Origin: Desulfosudaceae bacterium
Lineage (GTDB): Bacteria > Desulfobacterota > Desulfobacteria > Desulfobacterales > Desulfosudaceae
DNA length: 64,000 bases
Reading direction: 5' to 3'
Assembly: GCA_963674745.2 (NCBI GenBank)
Contig: CAXXDV010000001.1
Span: 832,001 to 896,000, forward strand
Position 1 is the stretch's first letter. Every line of letters begins with the position of its first letter. Below the pieces are notes generated by a model. That model had not been told where the DNA came from, did not search any database, and was given only the letters and a program-made list of their open reading frames with translations. Positions 1-10,390 of the stretch are shown one piece after another. The position numbers were made by a program, and so were the translations under genes.

Positions 1-1944
1 CGGCAGCGCGTTTTCCATTTTCATGGCTTCCAGGATGACCACCGTCTCACCTTCGGCAACAGTATCACCGACATTTTTATCATAACGCACGATCATACCC
101 GGCATGGGCGCGGTCAGCGGTGTTCCTTCGGCGCTGTCCGCAGCCGGGGCCGGCGCGGCCACTTCTTTTTTAGGCGCCGGAGCGGGTTTTGAGGCCGGTG
201 CGGCCGGTGCGGCCGGTGCGGCCGGAGCTGCGGGCGCGGCCTGGGCAGGCGCGCCACCGATTCTGGCGGCAGCCTGCTGAATATAGCTTATGGCCGGGGA
301 ATCGCCGGTTTCATCAACGCCGACTTCATAGTATTCATTATCCACAAACACGTTAAAGGTCCGAAAGCCTTCGCTCTTGACGGGCATATCCGCTTTTTCC
401 GGTTTTTCCACCAGCTTGCCGGCCCTGGCCTTGAACACCAGTTCCTGTTCTTTCTTGGCCTCTTCAAGTGTTTTGGCTCTTGCGGACTCTGGCGGTTCCT
501 CAAAACCGTATTTCCATTTTAGAAACTTTCTGCCGGTCACCGGGTACAGGGCGTAAATCAGGGTGTCGTCGATATCTACTGCCAGATCGCTGATCTCGGC
601 TTTGGCTTCTTCCAGCTCGGGTTCGATGATTTCCGCCGGCCGGCCGGAGAACGGTTCTTCGCCTCTGGCATACCCCTTGAGGGCTTTTTTCTGGACTTCC
701 GCGTCAATGGGAACGGCTGTTTTACCATAAAGTCCGAAGCAGAGGTCTTTGACCTGGTCCGTGATGCGCTGATAGCGATCACCGCCCTTGTCAAACAACA
801 CGTTATTAACCGTCTGAACACCGACAATCTGACTGGTCGGCGTTACCAGGGGAATCTGGCCCAGGTCTTTTCTGACCTTGGGAAGCTCTTTATAGACGTC
901 GTCCAGTTTATCCAGGGCGTCCATTTCCTTGAGCTGGTTGAACAGGTTGGACAGCATGCCGCCGGGTGTCTGATGCAACAACACATTGATGTCGATGATG
1001 GACATTTTGGGTTCATTTAAAAGATGACGGTACTTGGGCATAACTTCTTTTTCCAGAACCGTATTGATGGCTTCCAGCTTTTTGATATCAAAACCCGTGT
1101 CACGGTTGGTGCCCAGGAGCGTCATGACCAGCGGTTCCAGGGCCGGATGAGACGTCCGGTAAGCGTAAGGGGAAAGGCAGGTGTCGATAATATCCACGCC
1201 CGCTTCCACCGCTTTCAGATGAGACATGGGCGCCAGGCCGGATGTAAAATGGCTGTGGAAATGAATGGGCGGTTTAACGGTTTCTTTTAACGCCCTGACA
1301 ATTTCATAGATATCGTAAGGCGCCACCAGCCCGGCCATGTCTTTGATGCAGATGGTATCCGCGCCCATGGCCTCAAGCTCCTTGGCTTTCTCGACATAAT
1401 ACTCGACGTTATAGACAGGGCCGCCCAGGCGCGGTTCGGTCATTGAATAACAGATGGTGCCCTGAAAATGCATGCCGGTCTTTTTGATCACGGAGACAAC
1501 GGTTTCAAAATTGCGGAAATCATTCAAGGCGTCAAAGGTCCGGAAAATATCCATCCCGTTTTCGACCGCTCTTTCCACAAACACCCGGGCCACGTCATCA
1601 GCGTAGTTCCGATAACCCACCAGGTTCTGCCCTCTCAGAAGCATGGAAAACGGGGTCTTCTTGAAATACCGTTTCAAGGTCCGGATCCGCTCCCAGGGAT
1701 CTTCGTTCAAAAAGCGGTGCATGGTGTCAAAAGTGGCGCCGCCCCACATTTCCACGGCCCAGAAGCCGATTTCGTCCATCATTTCCGCCACCGGAATCAT
1801 GTCCTCGGTCCTGCCCCGGGTGGCAAACAACGACTGGTGGCCGTCCCGCAGGGAAATATCCATCACCTTCAGGGGGTTCTCGGCCTTGGGGCGATCCTTG
1901 TCATAGTTCATCTTGGTCATTTTCACCTGGCTGTGATCACTCAT
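1..1944 (-). CDS. Pyruvate carboxylase subunit B / transcarboxylase 5S-type carboxyltransferase fused to a biotin carrier domain; 3' end runs off the window
   Basis: Not in the ORF track; translated by hand. ATG at 1944 after GGAGAG gives MSDHSQVKMTKMNYDK...SLRDGHQSLFATR...WGGATFD...MLLRGQNLVGY, an Ala/Pro linker and the biotinylation motif ILEAMKMENALP at the window edge. Confidence 0.9.
   Translation of the reverse strand, partial: MSDHSQVKMTKMNYDKDRPKAENPLKVMDISLRDGHQSLFATRGRTEDMIPVAEMMDEIGFWAVEMWGGATFDTMHRFLNEDPWERIRTLKRYFKKTPFSMLLRGQNLVGYRNYADDVARVFVERAVENGMDIFRTFDALNDFRNFETVVSVIKKTGMHFQGTICYSMTEPRLGGPVYNVEYYVEKAKELEAMGADTICIKDMAGLVAPYDIYEIVRALKETVKPPIHFHSHFTSGLAPMSHLKAVEAGVDIIDTCLSPYAYRTSHPALEPLVMTLLGTNRDTGFDIKKLEAINTVLEKEVMPKYRHLLNEPKMSIIDINVLLHQTPGGMLSNLFNQLKEMDALDKLDDVYKELPKVRKDLGQIPLVTPTSQIVGVQTVNNVLFDKGGDRYQRITDQVKDLCFGLYGKTAVPIDAEVQKKALKGYARGEEPFSGRPAEIIEPELEEAKAEISDLAVDIDDTLIYALYPVTGRKFLKWKYGFEEPPESARAKTLEEAKKEQELVFKARAGKLVEKPEKADMPVKSEGFRTFNVFVDNEYYEVGVDETGDSPAISYIQQAAARIGGAPAQAAPAAPAAPAAPAAPASKPAPAPKKEVAAPAPAADSAEGTPLTAPMPGMIVRYDKNVGDTVAEGETVVILEAMKMENALP
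193..228. repeat. In-frame 9-bp tandem repeat (GGCCGGTGC x3 plus one variant) encoding the Ala-Pro-Ala linker
   Basis: Read directly: units at 193, 202, 211 and 220. Confidence 0.85.
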
Positions 1945-1992
1945 GGTATGACTCTCCTTAAATCTATTTTGAAATAGACGTTATTACCTGTT

Positions 1993-2229
1993 TTATCGAT
2001 AAAACGCTTTTAACTGCATCATTGAACGGTTCTGCATCTGCGACTGCCGGCCCTGCTGTCCCCAGGTATTATCATACATAAAGGGGCTCCGCTCCAGAGG
2101 AGACGTGCCTTTTGCCGCTGCCGCCATTTCCGAAATCACGGCCATTTCTTCCTGACCGGCGATATACGTCATCACCGCCGCGGATATGGCGGCCCTGATT
2201 TTGTTGTTGGTTTCCTTCATCGTCATCAC
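1993..2229 (-). CDS. Small accessory subunit of the acyl-CoA carboxyltransferase (epsilon-like)
   Basis: 78 aa between the carboxyltransferase and 5S/biotin genes. Has an AAISAAV helix and a W-x-x-x-GR motif. Confidence 0.6.
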   Translation of the reverse strand: MMTMKETNNKIRAAISAAVMTYIAGQEEMAVISEMAAAAKGTSPLERSPFMYDNTWGQQGRQSQMQNRSMMQLKAFYR

Positions 2230-2241
2230 TCCGTAAACTGG

Positions 2242-3792
2242 TTATACCGGGATGTTGCCGTGTTTTTTGGGCGGACGGCTTTCCCGCTTGGTACACATCA
2301 ATTCCAGGGCCTCACACAGCCGCTGCCGGGTATGACGGGGTTGGATGACCGCGTCGACAAACCCCCGCTGGGCCGCACAATAGGGATTGGAGAACTGCTG
2401 CTTGTATTCTTCGATCTTTTCCTTGCGCTTGGCCACGGGATCATCAGCGGCCTTAATCTCTTTTCTGTGAATGACGTTGGCCGCGCCTTCCGCGCCCATG
2501 ACCGCGATTTCAGCCGTGGGCCAGGCATAAACCATGTCGGCTCCCAGCTGTCTCGAGCTCATGGCCAGGTACGCACCGCCGTAGTCTTTCCTGGTGATCA
2601 GCAGCAACTGCGGCACGGTCACTTCCGAATAGCACCACAGCAGCTTGGCCCCGTGCCGGATAATACCGCCCCATTCCTGATCACTGCCCGGAAGGTATCC
2701 CGGCACGTCGGCGATGGTCAGCATCGGAATATTAAAGGCATCGCAGAACCGGATAAACCGGGTCGCCTTGTCCGAGGCATTGATATCCAGGCAGCCCGCC
2801 TGAACCTGCGGCTGGTTGGCGATGATGCCGATGCTGCGGTTGTTGAGCCGGGCAAAACAGACAATAATGTTTTTGGCGAAATATTCGTGCGGCTCAAAAA
2901 TTTCGTTATTGTCCACCAGCGCCCGGATAATGGCCTTCATATCATAGGGCTGGTTGACATCGTCGGGAATAATGGTATCCAGTTCCGGAATTTCGCGATA
3001 TGGATCGTCACCGGTAGCGATGACCGGCGGGTCTTCCATATTATTAGACGGAATATAAGAAAGCAGTTTTTTGATCTTTTCAATGGCATCACCATCACTT
3101 TCGCAGGCAAACTGGGACACACCGCTTTTTTCATTGTGCGTCATGGCGCCGCCCAGTTCTTCAAACGAAATCTCTTCCCCGGTCACCGACTTGATGACCT
3201 CCGGGCCGGTAATAAACATGTAACTGGTATTTTTCACCATAAAGACCCAGTCGGTCATGGCCGGCGAATAAACGGCCCCGCCCGCAGTCGGTCCCATGAT
3301 GGCCGATATCTGCGGAATTACACCTGAGGAGAGTGAGTTGCGATAAAAAATCTCGCCGTATCCCGACAGGGCGTCCACCCCCTCCTGGATCCTGGCCCCA
3401 CCGGAGTCGTTCATCCCCACCACCGGCACCCCGGCTTTTAACGCCATATCCATTATTTTGGTAATTTTTTTGGCGTGCATCTCGCCCAGGCTGCCGGCCC
3501 GGGATGTGAAATCCTGGGAATAGGCCATGACCGGCCGGCCGTTGACCAGGCCGTGCCCGGTGATGACACCCTCTGCCGGTATGTCCACCTTCTCCATACC
3601 GAAATTCGTGCAGCGATGCTTGACGAACATGTCCATTTCCCGGAAAGTGCCGCTGTCAAAAAGCGCTTCGATGCGCTGCCGGGCGGTCAGTTTTCCTTTT
3701 TCAACATGTTTGGCCACGGCTTTATCACCACCCATGGCACGCACAGCTGCCTCCCGCTGTTTTAAATCATTTAATTTGTCCGCTGTACCCAT
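2242..3792 (-). CDS. Methylmalonyl-/propionyl-CoA carboxyltransferase (PccB / transcarboxylase 12S family)
   Basis: GKLTARQRI, DSGGARIQEG, GGAVYSPA, GGIIRHGAKLL, C-terminal PPKKHGNIPV. Confidence 0.95.
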   Translation of the reverse strand: MGTADKLNDLKQREAAVRAMGGDKAVAKHVEKGKLTARQRIEALFDSGTFREMDMFVKHRCTNFGMEKVDIPAEGVITGHGLVNGRPVMAYSQDFTSRAGSLGEMHAKKITKIMDMALKAGVPVVGMNDSGGARIQEGVDALSGYGEIFYRNSLSSGVIPQISAIMGPTAGGAVYSPAMTDWVFMVKNTSYMFITGPEVIKSVTGEEISFEELGGAMTHNEKSGVSQFACESDGDAIEKIKKLLSYIPSNNMEDPPVIATGDDPYREIPELDTIIPDDVNQPYDMKAIIRALVDNNEIFEPHEYFAKNIIVCFARLNNRSIGIIANQPQVQAGCLDINASDKATRFIRFCDAFNIPMLTIADVPGYLPGSDQEWGGIIRHGAKLLWCYSEVTVPQLLLITRKDYGGAYLAMSSRQLGADMVYAWPTAEIAVMGAEGAANVIHRKEIKAADDPVAKRKEKIEEYKQQFSNPYCAAQRGFVDAVIQPRHTRQRLCEALELMCTKRESRPPKKHGNIPV

Positions 3793-3807
3793 TTTGTAAA
3801 CCCCTTC

Positions 3808-3970
3808 AAATTTGATGGCTTCGTAAAAAGTCCAATATCTGCGTTGCGCTGCATCCTTCGGAATTTCACGTACTCCGCTGTACGCTGCATTCCTCAGGAT
3901 TTGCGCGCCTTGATCTTGAACTTTTTACTTTGCCATCCCAATTATGACTTTTTACGAGTGCATCAAATTT
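3808..3970. mobile_element. MITE-like long-hairpin element A
   Basis: Termini GATGGCTTCGTAAAAAGTC (3814-3832) and GACTTTTTACGAGTGCATC (3946-3964) are 16/19 inverted. AAATTT flanks both sides. An extra internal right end lies at about 3918-3937. No ORF. Confidence 0.7.
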
Positions 3971-4013
3971 AATTCGGGTCCATCGTTCTCAATTCAAAAT
4001 TTTGAAATAATAT

Positions 4014-5006
4014 CTATGTTTTAAGCTGCTTGTCAAGATAAAAGAGCAAATCGCGCGCAGCCGCGGCAACCGTAATATCGCCGCGAGCCACATCCTTCGA
4101 CATCTTATCCAGCCGGTCCTTGACCTCCGGGAGATTCAAAAAGCGGGTCATAACCCCTTCTTCAATCAGGCTCGACAACCAGCGCCGATTCTGCTCGGAT
4201 CGTTTTTTCTCAAACTCTCCGGCCTTTTTCATTTTTTCCCTGTGTTCGCAGACGACATCCCATATGCGGTCAATACCGGTTCCGGCCACAGAGCTGCAGG
4301 TCAGTACCGGCGGATGCCAGATCGACGAAGATGGTGCCAGCATGTGCAGCGCGATTTCATAGGCTTTTTTGGCCCGTTCGGCGTTGGCCACATTGTCTCC
4401 ATCGGCCTTGGTAATGGCGATGGCATCGGCCAGTTCCAGAATGCCTTTTTTAATACCCTGGAGTTCGTCACCGGCGCCGGCCAGCATGAGCACCAGGAAG
4501 AAATCAACCATACCGGCAACCGATGTCTCAGACTGCCCCACGCCGACGGTCTCCACGACGACCACATCAAACCCGGCGGCTTCGCAGACCAGGATACCCT
4601 CCCGGGTTTTGGCGGCGATTCCCCCCAGTGTTTTTCCTGAGGGTGAGGGCCGGATAAACGCCCGGGGGTCGGCCGCCAGTTTCTCCATCCGGGTTTTGTC
4701 CCCCAGCACGCTGCCGCCGCTGCGGGCGCTGCTGGGGTCCACTGCCAGTACTGCCACGGACAGGTCCCGACCGGTTAAAAACGTCCCCATGGTTTCAATG
4801 AACACGCTCTTACCGACACCGGGCACACCGGTCACGCCCAACCGCACCGCCTTTCCGGAATGGGGCAGAAGGCCTTCCAGCACTTTTTCGGCCACGATCT
4901 TATGCTCGGCCAGGGAACTCTCCACCAGGGTGATGGCCTTGGCGATCATGCGCCGGTTACCGTCCAGCACCCCCTGGATATATTCCTCTGGCGAAAGAGC
5001 ACTCAT
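4014..5006 (-). CDS. meaB: Methylmalonyl-CoA mutase-associated GTPase MeaB
   Basis: GVTGVPGVGKS Walker A, AVDPSS, LGDKTRM, ETVGVGQSE, GDELQGIKKG; directly downstream of the mutase. Confidence 0.95.
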   Translation of the reverse strand: MSALSPEEYIQGVLDGNRRMIAKAITLVESSLAEHKIVAEKVLEGLLPHSGKAVRLGVTGVPGVGKSVFIETMGTFLTGRDLSVAVLAVDPSSARSGGSVLGDKTRMEKLAADPRAFIRPSPSGKTLGGIAAKTREGILVCEAAGFDVVVVETVGVGQSETSVAGMVDFFLVLMLAGAGDELQGIKKGILELADAIAITKADGDNVANAERAKKAYEIALHMLAPSSSIWHPPVLTCSSVAGTGIDRIWDVVCEHREKMKKAGEFEKKRSEQNRRWLSSLIEEGVMTRFLNLPEVKDRLDKMSKDVARGDITVAAAARDLLFYLDKQLKT

Positions 5007-7126
5007 CAGGCATCTTTTTCCAGAACTTTCAGCACTTGATTGGCTGAATCCGTCAGCACGGTGCCGGGCCCGAACACGCCGACAACACCCGCCTGATACA
5101 GAAAGTCATAATCGACGGGCGGAATGATACCACCGACAACCACTTTGATATTGTCGGCACCTTCGGCTTTCAGGGCCTTGATCAGCTGCGGCACCAGGGT
5201 TTTGTGTCCGGCAGCCAGACTGGACACGCCAACGACATGAACGTCGTTTTCCACCGCCATGCGGGCCGCCTCTTCCGGCGTCTGAAACATGGGGCCGATA
5301 TCAACGTCAAAGCCGAGGTCGGCGTATCCTGTGGCGACCACCTTGATGCCACGGTCGTGACCGTCCTGTCCCATTTTAACCACCAGGATTCTCGGTTTAC
5401 GCCCATGTTTGGCGGCAAAGTCGTCGGACCGCTTGCGCAAAGAGGCGATAATTTCACTATCGCCGTATTCAGCGGCATATATGCCGGAAATGCACTGGGT
5501 GGTGGCCACGTAACGGCCGAATACCTTTTCAATGGCATCGCTGACCTCACCCACGGTGGCCCTGGCCCGAATGGCGGGGATACAGGCTTCCAGCAGGTTG
5601 CCGCCTTCTTCGGCGCAACGGGTTACCGCTTCGAGAGTTTTCTTTACCTGGTCATTGTCCCGTTTTTCCCGCAGTTCCTTTAATCGGGCGACCTGTTCTT
5701 CGCGCACGGCTTCAGACACTTCCAGAACTTCCAGCGGCGCTTCATCGTCCAGTAAATATTTATTGACCCCTACAATGGTCTCTTTGCCCTGATCGATACG
5801 GGCCTGACGACGGGCAGCCGACTCCTCGATCCGCATCTTGGGCATGCCGGACTCGATGGCCTTGGCCATGCCGCCCAGGTCCTCTACCTCCTTGATAATA
5901 TCACGGGCCGCCTGGGCAATACTGGCTGTCAGGGACTCGATATAATAGGACCCGCCCAGGGGATCAACCACCCGGGTAATCTGGGACTCTTCCTGGACAA
6001 TGATCTGCGTGTTCCTGGAAATCCGGGCGGAAAAATCGGTGGGCAGGCTGACCGCTTCGTCAAAGGAATTGGTATGCAGGGACTGGGTGCCGCCCAGGAC
6101 AGCCGACAGGCACTCCAGCGTGGTTCGGATGATATTGTTATACGGATCCTGCTGGGTCAGACTCCAGCCCGAGGTCTGGCAATGGGTCCGCAGCATCCTT
6201 GATTTCGAATTCTGGGGGTTGAAGCGGCCGACGATTTCCGACCACAACAGACGGGCCGCCCGCAGCATGGCAATGTCCATGAAAAAATTCATGCCAATAC
6301 CGAAGAAAAAGGACAGCCGGGGCGCAAAATCATCGATGGCCAGGCCGGCCTTGATGGCGGCGTTAATATACTCCAAACCGTCGGCCAGGGTAAAAGCCGT
6401 CTGCAGCACGGAATCCGCGCCGGCTTCCATCATGTGGTAACCGCTGATACTGACCGTGTTGTACTTGGGAATATTATCCGAGCAGTATTTGATGATATCG
6501 GAAACGATCCGCATGGACTGGACCGGCGGATAAATATAGGTGTTGCGGGTCAGGTACTCTTTGAGAATATCATTCTGAATCGTACCCATGAGCTGTTTCT
6601 GTTCCACCCCCTGCTCTTCGGCGGTAACGATGTAAGCGGCCAGGATGGGCAGCACCGCACCATTCATGGTCATGGACACGGTCATCTTGTCCAGGGGGAT
6701 ATCGTCAAACAGGACCTTCATGTCCTCGACCGAATCAATGGCCACACCGGCCTTGCCCACGTCGCCCGAGACCCGGGGGTGATCCGAGTCAAATCCCCGA
6801 TGGGTGGCCAGGTCGAAGGCCACGGAAAGGCCTTTCTGGCCGGCTGCCAGGTTCCTTTTATAAAAGGCATTGGACTCCTTGGCGGTCGAAAAACCGGCAT
6901 ACTGCCGGATGGTCCAGGGCCGTCCGGCGTACATGGTGGCCTTGACGCCGCGGGTAAAGGGCTCGTCACCGGGAATGGTGTTCATGCCGTCCAGGTTTTG
7001 AAGATCTTCCGCCGTATAAAGCGGTTTGATGGTAAGCCCCTCCGGCGTTAACCAGTCAAGCGATTCCAGGGGTTTGCCTCTTAACTCTTTTTCAGCCAGT
7101 TCTTTCCACTTATCCAAATCAGCCAT
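5006..7126 (-). CDS. scpA: Methylmalonyl-CoA mutase (catalytic plus B12-binding domains)
   Basis: WTIRQYAGF (Tyr specificity residue), [14 protein letters not shown] (Arg), SISGYHM, B12 motif [10 protein letters not shown]. Confidence 0.95.
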   Translation of the reverse strand: MADLDKWKELAEKELRGKPLESLDWLTPEGLTIKPLYTAEDLQNLDGMNTIPGDEPFTRGVKATMYAGRPWTIRQYAGFSTAKESNAFYKRNLAAGQKGLSVAFDLATHRGFDSDHPRVSGDVGKAGVAIDSVEDMKVLFDDIPLDKMTVSMTMNGAVLPILAAYIVTAEEQGVEQKQLMGTIQNDILKEYLTRNTYIYPPVQSMRIVSDIIKYCSDNIPKYNTVSISGYHMMEAGADSVLQTAFTLADGLEYINAAIKAGLAIDDFAPRLSFFFGIGMNFFMDIAMLRAARLLWSEIVGRFNPQNSKSRMLRTHCQTSGWSLTQQDPYNNIIRTTLECLSAVLGGTQSLHTNSFDEAVSLPTDFSARISRNTQIIVQEESQITRVVDPLGGSYYIESLTASIAQAARDIIKEVEDLGGMAKAIESGMPKMRIEESAARRQARIDQGKETIVGVNKYLLDDEAPLEVLEVSEAVREEQVARLKELREKRDNDQVKKTLEAVTRCAEEGGNLLEACIPAIRARATVGEVSDAIEKVFGRYVATTQCISGIYAAEYGDSEIIASLRKRSDDFAAKHGRKPRILVVKMGQDGHDRGIKVVATGYADLGFDVDIGPMFQTPEEAARMAVENDVHVVGVSSLAAGHKTLVPQLIKALKAEGADNIKVVVGGIIPPVDYDFLYQAGVVGVFGPGTVLTDSANQVLKVLEKDA

Positions 7127-7144
7127 GATTTTTCTCCTTACGCC

Positions 7145-7546
7145 TTATCGTTCACACAACTCCACCAGTACGCCGCTGGTCGCCTTGGGATGCAAAAAAG
7201 CAATCTTGGCGCCGCCGGCACCCATGCGGGGTTTCTCGTCAATCAGCCGGATCCCTTTGGCTTTCAGCTCTTCCAGGGCCTGTTCGATATTGTCCACCCG
7301 AAAAGCAACATGCTGGATGCCCTGCCCCCTTTTCTCAATGTATTTGGCGATGGGGCCGTCTTCGGAAGTGGATTCCAGCAGTTCCACCTCGCTTTCGCCC
7401 ACCGGCAGAAAAGCCGTGGTCACCTTCTGGGCTTCAACGGTTTCTGTTCCCTCAAACGAAAGACCCAGCACGTCCGTCCAGAAATTTTTTCCTTCTTCAA
7501 TACTGTTGACGGCAATACCAAGGTGGTCGATTTTCAGCAGTTTCAT
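7145..7546 (-). CDS. mce: Methylmalonyl-CoA epimerase
   Basis: VOC fold motifs [34 protein letters not shown]; next to the mutase. Confidence 0.93.
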   Translation of the reverse strand: MKLLKIDHLGIAVNSIEEGKNFWTDVLGLSFEGTETVEAQKVTTAFLPVGESEVELLESTSEDGPIAKYIEKRGQGIQHVAFRVDNIEQALEELKAKGIRLIDEKPRMGAGGAKIAFLHPKATSGVLVELCER

Positions 7547-7568
7547 ATCTCACTCCTTAAAAAATGGG

Positions 7569-8747
7569 TTATTTTACCGCGTCAATGGCGCGCTTAAAGC
7601 CATCCGCCGCATTTTCAATGGTCTGATCATCAACGCAGAAAGCCAGCCGGAAATATCCCGGACCGCCGAACCCGCTTCCCGGTACCGCCAGGATCAGTTC
7701 CTGCTGAAGTTGCCGCACGAAGGCAACATCATCAGGCAGCGGGGACTTTGGAAAAAGATAAAAAGCACCGGCCGGTTTGACAAAATCATAACCGCAGTCC
7801 GATAGAATGCCGCACAGAGCCGCTCGCTTCTTCGCGTATTCACCAATATTGACGCGCTCGGCAGGCATCCGGGCCAGGACCCGCTGCATCAAGGCCGGTG
7901 CGTTGACAAAACCCAGCACGCGGTTGGTAAACACCATGGCCGCCAACAGGTCCTGCCTGCAGTTCGCCGCCGGATTGACGGCAATAAACCCGATACGCTC
8001 GCCGGGCAGCGACAGGGTTTTGGAATAAGAGGTCACAACGATACTGTCGGGGTATTTGTCGAAAATCCCGGGTACGGCGATATCGTCATAAACGATATCA
8101 CGGTAGGGTTCATCGGTTATCAGGTAAATGTAACGGTCATGGGCCCGGGATTTTTCGGCCAGCAGTTCGGTCAGCCGAACAATGGTATCGTGGGCATAAA
8201 CCACACCGGTGGGGTTGTTGGGGGAATTGATCAGCACGGCCCGGGTATTTTCATCGATGGCCGCCGACAGGGCGTCCAGATCAAGGTCAAACCCCTCCAG
8301 CGAAGGTACGGTGACCATCTGCCCGCCGTGATTTTCGATATAGAACCGGTATTCCACAAAAAACGGGGCCGATACCACCACTGTTTCACCGGGATTGAGA
8401 ATGGCCTTTAACACCACGTTTAGGCCGCCGGCGGCCCCGCAGGTCATGATGATATCTTCGCCGGATACCGGACAGCCCTGCTCCGCGGCCACCTGGGCAG
8501 CGACGGCCTGACGGGTTTCCGGATAACCGGCATTGGGCATATAGGCATGGTCAATTTCCCGGTCCTGCGCCACCTCGGCCAGGGCCTGCTTGAAACTGTC
8601 CGGCGGCGGGACATTGGGGTTGCCCAGGGTAAAATCAAAGACTTTATCCGCTCCATGGGTGGCCTTTAAAGCCGCGCCTGCTTCGAACATTTTCCGGATC
8701 CATGAGGCGGCTTGAAGAGAATCAGCGATACGTCCGGCTATCGTCAT
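7569..8747 (-). CDS. Class I/II PLP-dependent (aspartate-type) aminotransferase
   Basis: SWIRKMFE, INSPNNPTG, DEPY, SYSKTLSLPGERIG. Start moved to ATG 8747, which follows GGGG. Confidence 0.9.
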   Translation of the reverse strand: MTIAGRIADSLQAASWIRKMFEAGAALKATHGADKVFDFTLGNPNVPPPDSFKQALAEVAQDREIDHAYMPNAGYPETRQAVAAQVAAEQGCPVSGEDIIMTCGAAGGLNVVLKAILNPGETVVVSAPFFVEYRFYIENHGGQMVTVPSLEGFDLDLDALSAAIDENTRAVLINSPNNPTGVVYAHDTIVRLTELLAEKSRAHDRYIYLITDEPYRDIVYDDIAVPGIFDKYPDSIVVTSYSKTLSLPGERIGFIAVNPAANCRQDLLAAMVFTNRVLGFVNAPALMQRVLARMPAERVNIGEYAKKRAALCGILSDCGYDFVKPAGAFYLFPKSPLPDDVAFVRQLQQELILAVPGSGFGGPGYFRLAFCVDDQTIENAADGFKRAIDAVK

Positions 8748-8763
8748 TTCTACCCCCAACACC

Positions 8764-8905
8764 GGGCACCCCTAAAAATTGCCTTTTGGCCCGATGTCGG
8801 CGTTGTGCTCAAATTTTAATCCTCGAAATACGTCTATGTATTCCTCCGGTTAAAATTTTCGCACGCCTTGACCTCGAACCAAAATTCTAATTTTTAGTGA
8901 CACCC
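8764..8905. mobile_element. MITE-like long-hairpin element B in the 5' leader of the aminotransferase-mce-mutase operon
   Basis: Imperfect inverted termini GGGCACCCCTAAAAATT / AATTTTTAGTGACACCC with nested arms TTTTGG/CCAAAA, AAATTTTAA/TTAAAATTT and ATAC/GTAT. Confidence 0.65.
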
Positions 8906-8961
8906 TTATTATATTAAATTTTAACACATTATGATGAACCAGCAATTTCCCAGCTTTTGTT

Positions 8962-9009
8962 TCCATCATTTGATGGAGAAAGTCTAAAAAAACTTTATTT
9001 CTTTGTCAA
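8962..9009 (-). promoter_or_regulatory. Sigma70 promoter TTGACA-17-TAGACT with palindrome TCCATCA-TT-TGATGGA at the predicted +1
   Basis: -35 at 9009-9004, -10 at 8986-8981, palindrome at 8962-8977. Confidence 0.6.
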
Positions 9010-9024
9010 ACATTTTTTATCCGG

Positions 9025-10390
<1,366 letters not shown>

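Noticed and set aside
339..347. Perfect DnaA box TTATCCACA
   Set aside because: A single copy inside a coding sequence, far from the dnaA paralog; expected by chance.
1024..7805. Long plus-strand ORFs such as 2260-3327, 4369-5127, 6434-7051 and 7026-7805
   Set aside because: Antisense shadows of well-supported minus-strand genes, with no motifs or RBS. The same applies to similar ORFs across the window (for example 26956-27993, 31985-33166, 37571-38617).
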